Source of the DNA: Moniliella sp. 'wahieum'
Lineage: Eukaryota
Direction of reading: 5' to 3'
DNA length: 64,000 bases
Assembly (NCBI GenBank): GCA_003971905.1
Contig: RSEE01000013.1
Coordinates: 868,001-932,000, forward strand
The notes under the pieces were generated by a model that was not told the DNA's origin, did not search any database, and was given only the letters and a program-made list of their open reading frames with translations. Shown here piece after piece: positions 52,111 to 64,000 of this stretch. The position numbers and the translations under genes were made by a program. Within the stretch, counting starts at the first letter, position 1, and every line of letters begins with the position of its first letter.

Positions 52111-53497
52111 TCAGCCTCAGCTTTCATGGTATCCGTATTTGGTACGCTAGTCTGTACTCAGTCAATCGCATGTCTGTTCCGGTTCTATGATAGTCCCACA
52201 ATTATAACAGTTCCATCGGCAAAACGGTCATACCTTTGATAGTTTTGACCGCATGTTCGGTCATGCATCATGCACAGTGCATGCCAGCCGCGGATGACCT
52301 TATTGGCTTGAAGCGCTTTTGAGGGTACTTACAGGAGGCTGCGACGGGGGTTGAGATTTTGAATGGTTTTATAGCGATCGAGAGTCGTCCCGAATCTACT
52401 GTCGAGAAGACCAAAAATACCGTGCCAGTACTACTCAGTGCATGCCAATTTATAGTCAGAGTTGCAAGACAGTTTTTCTACCATCATGATTACGATTTCT
52501 TAAGTCGGACTGATGTTGCTCAGGATGTTTGTGGTGTGTTGATGATTAGAATTGAGGGAGGGAATATCCGATAAGGTGTCACGCGTCACAGCCCTCTTAG
52601 GCCATCGATCATCTGGCAATCTTCCCTCCGTTGTTCCCTTGCTTCACACAGTCATGCAGTCATCTCCTCTCCTCTACCAACGAATCCTTTGCAACCTTGA
52701 GTACTCGGATCTACTCGCCTCCCCCTGGCTCACCTAAAATGCACCTGTTGACTGTGATCCTCCGGCTCCCAGTCGGTAGACCAGGTTCGCCTCCTCGGTT
52801 CCATCGGCTTCACGCTGGCGTCCTAGCGTGTCACGGTCCCTGTGCCCTGCACTCTCTCCTGTTGTGTGACTCACTGGCCCTGTGCCTAGTCCGGCCTCCT
52901 ATATAGATGCCTCTGTACCCAGACCCAACTCTGGCTCCAATCCATCACCTTCTCCTCATCCTTCTGCCCGTCCGGCTCCCTATAGGCCAACAGCACCCAT
53001 AGTTGACCATTCTCTTACTCTTCATTGTCCTGATCAAGTTAGGAAAGAGTATACGTCACGGATATACCGTGAAGCTTCAAGATTTAGGCAAATTAATGAA
53101 GCCAGTCAAAGGTGATGAGCAAAACGAGAAGATGGGACAATAAGTTGAGCTAGAACAGAGAGGTAATAGTAATAGTACATCGTACAGGGCCAGGGTACTA
53201 AGTGCCTGGTTCCCCAGATTGGCTCAATCTACCTTTATTGATCAGCTCTCGTGTAACATGTAACAAGCCCCTCCTCTGACCCCTTCCACTCCACACGCGT
53301 TGTTAACTCGATGTTACAGGGTGACGGCGGGCGGGCGCGAACCGGGGAGAGCTCATACTTTCCCCTTTCTGCTCTTACCAAGGTCGTGTTTATGGCAAGA
53401 CTGATGGGCTGGTATGTCCGAACGTGAAACAAGCTCATGTATTTTGTGTCTAAACCGAACACATGTTCAGTTCGAGCTACTATTATGCAAAACTCTG

Positions 53498-54373
53498 TGT
53501 TCGGAGGGGGCCCGCCCGGTGGGGTTTAGGGGTACAATTATCCCTTGGAGATCCTAAGGTCGACTCAAGGTAGTTACGCGCTTGGGCTGATTGGTGGGCC
53601 CGAGCGGGGCTAGAGACAAGGAGATGGCTCTTGGCGTATAGCAGAGGCAACAGTAAATGTCGCAAGGCTGCGTAGCACCGGCTTGGGCGGCAGGATCGTG
53701 TCTGAAGCCTCTGGGTTCAGGTACGGGGAGTGGCAGCGGAGGACCAACTCTGCGGGACTGGAGCTGGACTGGGACTGAGGGGGGTGTGGCTAGGAGCAGG
53801 ACCACACGCGGCTGAACTGAGTTTTGGGCTTCGGCGTGGCGCCTGGGAGGCACACCCAAACTGGATTGTCTGAGGACGGAGAGTTGAAGACGGGCGCTGG
53901 AGGACGAGGATGGGAAGAGGAGGGGAGCAACTAAGAGAGGATGAGTTGCCTGTACTGGGTTGATCAATTGGCGAGGAGAGTATACTCTATAGGGGGAGAC
54001 GCCAATGGGCCGTGGGGGGAAACCATGAACCATTGCTAACAGACAGAGACTAAAAGGGAAATGATGCACTAGAGGACGAATGGCGGACAGGGGAAAACAG
54101 GGAGACGGTTACTGCACGGGCAACCTAGAAACTAGGTAAGGTAAACAGGTACGTGGCGACTATCGTCGCAAAGGAAACTACTGACAATTGGGTGGCCATG
54201 CGGTAACCACCAATTCACTTGGGCAAGAGGCGACTATTGTCGCGCGGATACGTCGGACAGGTCATCGCGCTGGCGGTCTTGCCAGCCGCGATCGAACTGA
54301 GTTGGATCCGGGTGCGCGCTGAGCGGACGGGCCTCAGCTGAGATCGGATCAGATCCAATCTGACCCATGACCA
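53498..54373 (-). mobile_element. Diverged (old) member of the same LTR family
   Basis: Colinear motifs shared with 60294-61113: GGGGTACAAT, GGTCGACTCA.GGTAGTT, GTGTCTGAAGCCT, GCCTGTACTGG, GATCAATTGGC and GGCGACTATTGTCGC. Ends are degraded and no TSD was found. Confidence 0.7.
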
Positions 54374-54576
54374 ACCTGGGGACGGGGTTAGGAAAGCGAA
54401 AGGCGCGCGTAGGCTCTGACGGGCTTGCCGGTTCATCTTCGCCCGTGAGACTTTCGTACGAGCAAGTCGATCCTTATTGCGTTGGCTTTTTGAGTCCCTC
54501 TCTGATTTTATCCTATCTCGAATCTTTTTTTGGACCGGGGGTGGGCGCATATCATCAGCTCTGAGTTGAGCTCACG

Positions 54577-54624
54577 TTTCTGATGGGCGTTAGTTCTTGA
54601 TGGGCGTTAGTTTCTTGATGGGCG
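54577..54624. repeat. Short tandem repeat, about 3 x 17 bp (TTCTTGATGGGCGTTAG)
   Basis: Read directly from the sequence. Confidence 0.8.
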
Positions 54625-57582
54625 CGTCTCGTATATACTCATTGCGAAGCTCTCTATCGCCTCATGATTTTCTCTTTCCCAGCGGAAGGTGGAGAATCGG
54701 CCCTTTTTACTTTGGGTCTTTCTTGTGTTGCAGTGGCCGCGTTCCCGTTCCCGTTCCTCAGGTGTGGCTCATATTTGTGTGGAAATCATTCCCGACTTGG
54801 TCTGTGCTCTCTTTTGTGGATCATCGGCCTCAATTCTTGACTTATTTCCTAGTTGCATCTCTTCTATTCCTTATAGATGCTGTCTTCATGGCCATTGTGA
54901 TCCATATTATTTTCCCCTATAGCGTACCTTTTCGTCTTCTTTTTATCTTTGTAATCACCATCTTTTGCCAATCCATCATTGACACAATTGGCAACCCCGT
55001 GCTTCTCTCCTGGTTTACCAGCGTCCCATGAATCAGTTTCCAGCGCCCACCCCACTTTGTTTTCCTGCATCCACTCGACGGGACATCTAAGTATACTGCA
55101 TATCTCCAGTATCCAGTTCGCCTGTACGGATCTCCCGTCGGCGATCCTATATGCAAGGTATAAGGGCCTGTCCGACCTTATTGTTTTCCTGTGTCATCCT
55201 TCCGGTCAACCCATTAGGGCTACGGACTACAGACTTCTCTTGTTATGGTGTGTAACACGCAACCTTGCCACGCCAGTCGACACCCCCACTACATCCCAAT
55301 CAAAAGGACTCACCTCGTCTCTTGCTCTGGTAGGATCTGTGCCCGCCGCAGCGTTCAGGCTTGATCAACCGCGAGTGGTCTGTCCACCTACAAAAGGAAG
55401 CACCCTTAAATTACAAGTCGGGCCCCAGTTCAGGGCCGCCCCTAACACTCGGGGACGAAAAAGGCCAGAAATACATCCAGAAAGGAGAAAGCACACAGGC
55501 CCACAGAATGATACCTACTTCCCTATAACTAAGGGAGAGAATGTTAATATAGTTCGGGTTATGCTGACCCCACACAAACACTCTCACAGTCAGACATAGC
55601 CACCACAGATTGACGGAGGCATCTTCTTGATCTGATTACAGACCCTGTTTCCCAAGTGCCTCTATGATGCTATAACCCTCTCCACATCGGATTCAGCTCG
55701 CACGGTTCCAGTTTCAGAAAAAAAACATATACTTCGTGACACGGGGGCGACAGGGCGGACGACTGTGCCGCAGTCGAACTCATATACTTCTCTCGTCTTC
55801 CTTGCATGGATAGGTTGTATCTAGGCCAGGAACCGGGCTGGCTCTCCTAATAATAGACGCTAAACAACCCATGTACTCCGTCGTGACCAAACAGAGAATA
55901 TTCCCTTTCCATTCGTCCCACGTTTGCATCGAGTCGAGGTGGTCCACCCGTTGGTTTGTTGGTCCCTGCTTTTATCCTGCTCTGATTTCTTTCTACTTCA
56001 ACCTAGTTGTACGCAAATGAGTTTGAGTACTGCGTGGAGCCGATTTTGATCGTAGCGTCCCCCATTATGGCGGCGAGGTTCTCCCCTCATGCTATTTTGC
56101 GGGCTGCACGTGTTTTGACTGTTCTCCCGTTTCTGACACGGAGTGTGGGAAGGGATGCCTTGTTTTGGTCTGTGTTTCTTGCTGACAGCCATCACGTCAT
56201 ACTCTTGTCTCCTTGCCCGTTTCTTCATTGCTTTCTTCATTACTTCGATAGATCTTGGGTCTGTACGGCTCTTGCGATCCATATGTTATTTCCCTCACAA
56301 GGTAGGGTCATTTCTTTTTCATTTCGTTTTTCCACGTCTTCACTTCTTTGTATTAAGGTATGCTGTTTGCCAATCCAACCGACTCACGACATGCAAATCC
56401 TGCGCTTCTATACTAATTTGCCACAGCAGCACCCCAGACCAGTATTAAGCGAACAACAACTCGCCTGTTTCCACTTCACTGGGTAGTAGCCATTACCGTC
56501 CAAGTTCAGCGTCCTTGCGACTGGGCATTAAAGTTGCCGTGCCCCACATCAGTAGCCATGCAGTCTCTTCATCAGTATGTGGATCCAATCATGCAAATCG
56601 CGCGTGATCATATACCAGAGTTGAATTGTCCCAATGATATAGCCTGTCCGGCCCTGTCTCGTTCCCTGAGTCGCCTTCCTAACCGGCTCTTCCTCTGCAC
56701 CTCAAGCTCACCACAGGGCGCTCACCGCTGGCTCCCCTCCATCTCTTTGCTTTTATTTTCCCCTCAGGATAAGGCCCAAGGGGGGACGCGTGACGCCGCT
56801 GGTACGGGCGAAGTGCCGGGCGCGGGCTGTTCTGAGCTCAGCGCGCTCAGCTCAGCTCAGCGCCAGCCTCGCAGCGTCACCGGTCACTAGGCACACTCCA
56901 ATTGACACAGGGACAGTGTGGTATCTGAAATGCGTTTCTCCGATCACCGGACGGGCACGAGAAAACTGCACCACCGCAAGGCGTGGCACAGCAGCAGAGT
57001 GCGAGAGCGTGACCCTGGCCAAGCAAGCGGAACGAATTTGACGAGTAGCCATGTGCTGGCTCTCGCCTGCCTGTGCGGTGCCATCCAGACAGGCCGCAGA
57101 GCCACTCTTGTCCCATCTCAGATGGAGGCGCTCGGCCTGAGGCTTTTTCCTGAGCGGCTCAGATCAGCCGCCGCAGTGACTGGTGGCATGCATGACATGT
57201 GGCATGCCATAGTCAAGCTGTCAAGCTGTGCCCAGTTCCACGCTTCAAGTGACTTTTCCAAATCGCAAGCCCACGCCTTTTGCCTGTCCCACCGCTCTCA
57301 ATCCTCTTTGCCCGCCATCCTGAGCGTCCTGGGCGGCATCATCCTCGTCCGCCCGCTTCAACCAGTCTGGCCTAGCGCCCTTGGCACGCGACGCACCGCA
57401 TTCGCTTCTCTGCGCGCTCTGCACTAATCCCTCCCTCCGGGCCATTCCATACTCCATTGCGACCAGCACAGCCCTCACTGCGCCTCGCTAGTCTGCCCAT
57501 ACCCACCCACAGCCTCTCCCTGCAGCATACCCGTATACACACGGCTCCCCGCCCGCACCATCTCCTTGCCAAGCTCCGTGGC

Positions 57583-58767
57583 ATGGAGGTCTCCAATCAA
57601 TTTCTCCCCGCCTCCCGCGAAGGACGCTACTATTTTGTCGGCATTCAGTCACGGGGAGCCAACTGTACTTGTGATCAGCAGCTTTACCCTCCTGCCCTCT
57701 CCTGCCCCAAAGGGCAGACATGTGTGCAAACGCTGGTCGCCCTGAGCTGTGGACGTTCCTGTCCTTCGAACCACTGCCAACCTCAACCGGGCAGTGGCTC
57801 CTCCAACAACTCCTCTGTGGCCGCCGGAGTGGGGGGTGGTGGGTGCGTTTGTCCTTCTTTCTCGTTGTTGGTGCGTGGTGGTTTTTCTGGCGCAGGAGGT
57901 CACAAAGGCGAGAGGCTGCCGCATGGGCTGCTCGAGCACGAGCCAAAGAAGCCGCTGCTTCCAATCCCTTCCGCCTGGGCCAGAACCAACCAACCTTTGC
58001 CGCCCGAGGAAAACGAGACAGACGCACATGTGACGGCTACACCGAGCCCAAGAACTATGCGCAGAAGTTTCCAGCCCTTCCACCTGTCGATGCTGCTTCG
58101 CCTCATCAACGTAGGCCAAGCTTGGATGAACGTGATATGGAGTATACCGAGTTGAGGACGATGGGCTCACCGCCTTCACCAATCAGTCTGAACGAAGCGG
58201 GGAAGAAGACGAACTTGCGATGCTGGAAGCATTCCAAAAACGCTTCTCCACCTCAGCTGCCACCCACCTCTCACGCATTACCGAGGCCGAGGATGAGGAA
58301 TGGCGCTCTACTCGCACTGGCTTGACAGGCCGTACAGGCAAGACGGCGAAAACGACGAAAACGACCAAGACAGGAACAGGACGATCCAGGGTGATGATGG
58401 CGAATGGGCTCTTGGCTCCATCGATTCGTAGTGGACGCCATCCTCCGCCGCCTTTACCGCCTACCACACCTCTTCCAACCCCCCCAACCCCCCTGACAAC
58501 CAAGGACGTCACCGAATCCATGTCTCTCCCGTCCTCAACCTCGCGGGACTTCGTATCGGCCCGCTCTGCACCTCTTCGTTCTCCGTTTGATGGGGTGGGC
58601 GAGGTGAAAGAGGAAGAACCCACAAGTCCATTTCAGGATCCAAATATCTCCAATACAGGTCTGGGCGGCACATCCAATCCCCCCCGATCGAAGAGCATAC
58701 TCCAAACGACACAACTGGCGGCATTTACCCTCCTCCACGGGGTGGACCGGAGGTCTTTCCATCCTAG
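57583..58767 (+). CDS. Opy2-like single-pass membrane anchor (Cys-rich ectodomain)
   Basis: CTCDQQLYPPALSCPKGQTCVQTLVALSCGRSCPSNHC, a Ser/Gly linker, VAAGVGGG..TM..WWFFWRRRS and a low-complexity cytosolic tail. Frameshifted; stop codon inferred. Confidence 0.6.
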
Positions 58768-60293
58768 GAGATTCCGAAGACGCTCATCGAACTTCTGCCG
58801 CCTCGCCCCCTGCGCACCCTCCACCCTCACCCACACATCACTCTTCTCCGCTCTCCGCCTCTTCCTCCCTGCCCCTTGCTCTTCCGCCTCAAAGCACAAG
58901 ATCTGGTGCTCGCTCTCCCCGGGTTCACTCCAAACGCCGGTTTCGTTTGGACGATGAGTAGCTGTGACCAGCTCACGTTGCCCCTAGGAGAAACTGATCC
59001 CTCTCCAAACCGGGCCACTCTTCTCCTTGCCCGCCCCCCCCCGCCTGATCCCCTCGTTTCTCCCACCAAACAATTCCCCACCCCAGCGACTTTTGCTACG
59101 CAGGGGTGTCCTTTCATTTTCCCTGCATATCTCTTTCCTTGATGGCAGGACCCATCCCACGCTCATTCTTTTCATGCCTGGTTTTCTGCAGCAGGAACCT
59201 CTTGTTGGGCGGCATGCTCTTTCATGTTGGCTCAACGCCAACTGATCCTTTCTCCCCTCCCCCTGTCACTTGCGCAACGGAACCCAACCCAACCCCCCTT
59301 TACCCTCCCCCTTTTTGTGCACATACTAGGTAGTACTGCCGAAATAGAAAAAAAGAATAGCGCGTGGATCTCGTGTTCCAGTGTCCAAGTCCACCCTCGC
59401 TTAAATTAAGTTGGGAGACAATTTGGAGGAGAACGAAGGGGCTTCGAAGTAAAGTTGGTGCCGATCATTGTTGTCGTCCAGGGGGAGCTCAAGTTGGTCC
59501 GTACTGGGCCTACTAGCTACTGCAGGTTACGTTGATTGCGTCAAGCACATTCTGTGATAGATTATGGCGGCGGTACTCAGTAACTCAAGCCTCAGGCCTC
59601 AGGCTCCAGTCTGAGACGGGCGGACATACTTGAAGCTTGAAGCTTGAAGCTTGAAGCTAGCTCGAAGCTTGAGGAACATGCAGTTGCAATAGAGACGGTG
59701 GCGGACAAGTATATCACCAGCACAGGGGATGCACAACCGCAGTGTACAGGGGGGAAATAGGGGGTGAAAATTTGGCTCACGTGGACTCACAGCTTTTCGA
59801 TATCTCCCCGACTCCTTCCTTCACCATCGCGCTACAGCATATTAGGTGGTTAATGTGTACGAGGACCGCAGCAGAGGTGTAGGGACGAATGGCTAAACAA
59901 AAGCTTCGGAATGGATTGGAATAGAGAAGATGAGAATAAGAGATGGATAATCGATAAGAACGGGAGGGAAGCGGCAATAAGGAGGCAGGGTGACTAAAGC
60001 TAGAGGAGGTACACTGGCATGCTTGAGAAAAAGGAGATGTGATCGAGTCTGGCCCGGCAACTGCCGGTGAGTAGCAAGCCATCAATTTATTGCTTTGTTT
60101 CGGGGCCGATGTGGTGCCGACACCACATCGACAGTTCATCAACTCCTTGAATCGGCTGCACGCATCAACCTTCACCCCACAGTTCATCTACTCGTTCAAC
60201 CGGCTGCACACATTTTTCCCTGAGATGCAATATCAGTTGTTTAGGCGCCCACTGCTATGCAAGCCTCTAACGTATCAGGAGACGGAGATGGGG

Positions 60294-61113
60294 TGTCACG
60301 GGCAGGCGCCGCCAAGGGCCCGCCCTGGGGTTTTGGGGGTACAATCCCTTAGGCGACGGTAGGTCGACTCACGGTAGTTTCGGGCTTAGGCTGGTTGGTG
60401 TATCCGAGCGGAGCTAGGGACGAGGAGAGGCCTTTGGTGGGGCGGCTGCACGTGTGGCAAGGCTGCGTCTGCACCGGCTTGGGCCGTAGTAGTAACGTGT
60501 CTGAAGCCTCCGGGACTTAGGGACGGGAGGAGGAGACAGCGGCGGACAAACACTGCCTCAACTGAGACTGGGAATCGACGCGACCAAAGGAGGGCTCGCG
60601 CGACTGGACTGACGAAGGGCTGGCGGACGAGGTCGGAAGAGAAGTCGGACGCTAACAAGAGCAAGCTGCCTGTACTGGATCAATTGGCTGGAAAACGGGC
60701 AGGAGTCGGACAGGATAGGCGGGAAGGTAGACGAGGGGGTTGAGACGAGAATGGAAGGTGGAGGAAAAGATCCCCATCAACCAGGGGTACAGGCAGGATC
60801 AAAAGGGAAACGGATACAAGAGGGGGTGTAGAAAGGAAGACAGGCGCGACCGAGAAAGAAACGGAAACGGGAACGGGACGGCAGACGCCGCCACAGCACT
60901 GGAAACTCGGTGGCCTTATTTAGGCCGGCCGACTTGGACTTGGGCGGGGGGCGACTATTGTCGCACGGAGCATGGCCCTTCGGCCACGATACTTAATTTA
61001 GCCAACCATCATCACACTTGGTTGGCCTGCGGTGCACGCTCTACTGGACATGTGCGGAGCAGGCGGGCCTTAGCTTCGGTCGGACCATCTCGAGTCCGCC
61101 GCAGCCCGTGACA
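60294..61113 (-). mobile_element. Solo LTR (820 bp) with 5-bp TSD TGGGG
   Basis: Runs TGTCACGGG...CCCGTGACA with TGGGG at 60289-60293 and 61114-61118. It is the reverse-complement homolog of 1152-1972. Confidence 0.92.
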
Positions 61114-62967
61114 TGGGGGAAGGGACACAGATGAATTGGATACGTCTATGGACAAACAGGAGGTATATGTACCTCCTCAGGAAGGGGGCACAGTCGAGAG
61201 GTGGACACAGGATCTCCCAACTGATAGGAATCATGCCATATTAGTGCCCATACTACGGGCCTAGTGGGCCAAGGGCCCCCTAGCACGGCGTGAGTCTGAC
61301 ATAACGGGACACAACACCTAGCTGCGGACAAGTAATACACACAACACTATAGTATTAGCCGATGTCCTTAGTAGTATACCCTCGCAAACTCAGCCGCATC
61401 CTCAACCCCAACCACGGTGATATCGAGACGACTGAGCTTGGTGCCTTGAGAAGCACACTGAAGGAGCTGTTGAGAAGTGCAACACTTTGTGTCACGACCA
61501 AAGACGGGCCGAGGAGCCCAGTGAGAATGTACGCCCCCTCTTGCAGTCGTCGCGCCGCGGACTGTGGTCCACTTGGGGGGCTACCCTATCCACCGCTGGA
61601 CATACCCCTTCCGGCTCATCTGACAAGGGCCGAGATATAGCTGGCTCCCAACCTCCCCGTCGTCGCGGCGATCGTCGATAGAACGTACCACATACCCAAA
61701 ATGGCTAAAAGGTGGCCACCACCCTTACGTATCCTCCTTGACAAAAAGTTGCACCCTTTTCCCTTTTGCTTTTTGATTCCCAACTGGGATGAGGTTGCGC
61801 GTTAGGGGACGGACGTGAAGGCGGGAGGCTCAGCTAGAATCTAAGAACAGGCAGGTTTTATAGAAGAGGAGAGGAGCACGAGGGGAAAGACCAAAGTACA
61901 GAGTCAAGCGGAAATGAGCCAAAATAGGCAAGATGCGAGGACCAAAAGCACGAAAGGCACGATGCGAGAAACGAAGCAGGTCTCTAGGACAAAGCGGACC
62001 CCAGACGAAAATCAAGGCGAGAAACCAGGAGTCGAGAACATGTACAGAGTTTGAGAGTTTTATAGACGAGAGCGATAGGCGAGAAGAAGAAACTGGTCTC
62101 GTAGATTGTTTTGTGTACTTTAGAGATGGTAAGAGAAGCCGAGGCGAGAAGCGGGAGCAATGATCAATAGGAGTAGAAGTGGCTATGCAAGGCGACTTGG
62201 TCGCCGTTCCCGTCCCCGTCCCTGGTACCACCTTGCATATTCGTCAAAATAATGTGGAGAGGCAACTCTCCCCTTCGTGCGCTTACTTGCCCGCTCTGAC
62301 TTGGTCCCTCCGCTTCTACAGCTGCCCGCCTCGCAACTCTCGAGCTGATCCACCATCCAGAATTCTAGCCAGCATCCCAGTGCCCCGAAGTCATTCGCAG
62401 CCTCAGTTGCAGCTTCAATGCCAGCTCCGCCTCCAGTCTCATAGTCTGAGCAGCGTTGTCCCCCGCTCTCTCGCCCTCTCGTCGCAGGGAAAAGCAACGG
62501 CTTCAGACAGACCACTAGTACGTTCAAAAAGCGATGCCTTTTGCAGCCTTAATAAACACACGCTCAAGCATCCCCTAGACACCAAAAAGTCTCTCTATAG
62601 TTCCAAGCTCCGCTTGGCGCCGCCCCCCAAACCCACACACAAAACTATCGGGAGTCGAACCTTCTCTCTCTTGTATCCCTTTAAACCCCAGCTGTCCCCA
62701 AGGCTGAGGCCAGGCGTAATACCACACATACATGCAGTACTGGATGACAACACGCGGTCGTACCCACTGTTTGGGACCCTACTTACGGTAGTAATAATCC
62801 CTAGTATATACCTTGGATGGTCCACACGTTCGCCGTCCACCCTTCCGTTGTCTATCACTGTTCCTTGCCCACGGAGGGCGTGAGAGGAGAGAAGGGTAGG
62901 GCATGGGCTCTGCACATTGCGTCGGTAAAAGGCGGAAACGTTGACACGGTTGACTACATATATATCA

Positions 62968-63365
62968 CTAGAAGACCACCGGGCCTACGGCCCGGTCAGC
63001 TGGGGCTTCGCCCCAGCTTGATGCTTGGTGCACCGTCGCCATCTTAGCCACCGGGTCCGCCCCACCGTAGCCACCGTTCCCCCCATCGCCACCTTAGCCA
63101 CCGGTCCACCGTTCCACGCTGGAGAGCGGAATAGTATTCACCACTACGCCTTGGGCAGAATTTTATCACCCATGTGCAGCAGCGTGAACTGGAACGTGGC
63201 GGGTGGCACACTTACCACATAATCTTGTGCTGGGGTCAGGAAAAAATGCCCCAAATGTGACGCCACATGGTGTAGTGGCGCCGGTAGCCCAAGTCCGGAA
63301 CCTTCTGGTTTGTTCCGTGCAATATTCCTTCTGGCTGGCAGGAATATTCTAGCCTCTGTAGCTCA
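62968..63365 (-). mobile_element. Helitron-like element, 3' portion (minus strand)
   Basis: The minus strand ends in two GC hairpins, then GGTCTT, then CTAG|T, the same 3' end as the element at 63366-63995. Homology runs to ~63178 and the 5' end is not seen. Confidence 0.6.
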
Positions 63366-63995
63366 TCTCCCTTTGAATTCATATCATTGACAGAGCTTAA
63401 GGCTGGGACAGGGGGAACGCTACGTCTAAACCGAACCGTTCATCTTGCGGGGGTACTTGGAAGCGCCACCAAGATTAAGGGACCAGGGGGATCGCCAGGA
63501 TATCAGGACCCTCCGGCTCACGCCATCCGGTCCCGTACCCTAGGAAGCGCGTGTGGACACGGAGGAACGTGGTTGACATACGAGCGAGGAACCATTTCCA
63601 CTGAGCCTTAGTAGCCAACTCCTTCCAATGCGCAAACAACTTGCCCGCCGTCTTGGTGCCGTAGTATCCTCGCGTATATCGCAGACCCCCTTTTTCTTTA
63701 CGTCATGCTTACCTATTTGTTTGCGCGGGCGGAATGCGCACCCCACCCCGGCGTGCTCAGCCATGCACATCTCCCTTTTTATATCGCAGACCCCCTTTTT
63801 TCTTTACGTCATGCTTACCTATTTGTTTGCGCGGGCGGAATGCGCACCCCACCCCGCGTGCTCAGCCATGCACATGGGTGATAAAATTCCTCCAGCGTGG
63901 AACAGTGGAACGGTGGCTAAGGTGGCGACGGTGCACAAGCACCAAGCTGGGGCGAAGCCCCAGCTGACCGGGCCGTAGGCCCGGTGGTCTTCTAG
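63366..63995 (+). mobile_element. Non-autonomous Helitron-like element with duplicated 5' segment
   Basis: A|TCTCCCTTT starts at 63366 and again at 63770. 3' hairpins AGCTGGGGC-GAA-GCCCCAGCT (63945-63965) and ACCGGGCC-GTA-GGCCCGGT (63967-63985) precede CTAG|T (63992-63996). It lies between A and T with no TSD. Confidence 0.7.
63385..63675 (-). mobile_element. 3' fragment of a non-LTR retrotransposon (CRE/RLE-type), copy 3, nested in the Helitron
   Basis: Reverse complement of the 3' ~290 bp of the 39.6 kb and 51.0 kb copies. It splits TCTCCCTTT|ATATCGCAGACC, which is uninterrupted at 63770-63792. ATATC occurs at both junctions. Confidence 0.75.
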
Positions 63996-64000
63996 TGTTA

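Noticed and set aside
60131..60212. 48-bp imperfect duplication encoding QFINSLNRLH/QFIYSFNRLH next to the LTR
   Set aside because: Only two units. Rejoining the ORF across the LTR gives no recognisable protein.
61490..62750. Possible additional LTR starting TGTCACG
   Set aside because: No matching CGTGACA end, TSD or second copy was found.
62966..63997. CACTA/EnSpm MITE interpretation
   Set aside because: There is no 3-bp TSD (TAT vs TTA). The A|TC start, hairpins and CTAG|T fit nested Helitrons better, so it is kept only as an alternative.

Overview
Eukaryotic fungal DNA, most likely a basidiomycete: GC-rich, with short GT-AG introns carrying CTAAC/CTGAC branch sites. Positions ~2.3-35 kb are a compact block of mostly housekeeping genes: a secreted heparinase II/III-type lyase, an intron-containing tRNA-Ile(AAT), a telobox-Myb protein, PDI1, NR2C2AP-like, DUS4, DNM1, HBS1, PA2G4/Cdb4-like, NOG1, Ran, DLD2, a GH28 endopolygalacturonase, ILV3 and a nucleoside hydrolase. 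Nearly every CDS carries 1-bp indels, most likely assembly errors, so CDS coordinates are reconstructed across frames. Positions ~35-64 kb are gene-poor (SEN2, an Opy2-like protein, low-complexity hypotheticals) and repeat-rich. The window holds four copies of one LTR family (two are solo LTRs with perfect 5-bp TSDs), three 3' fragments of a probable CRE/RLE-type non-LTR retrotransposon, and nested Helitron-like elements at the right edge. The most unusual signal is a non-coding pattern of 7-bp-period palindromic arrays (TNA alternating with a 4-bp palindrome, with many different cores that switch in register). I infer these could be iterated hairpin-type excision footprints of an 8-bp-TSD transposase.
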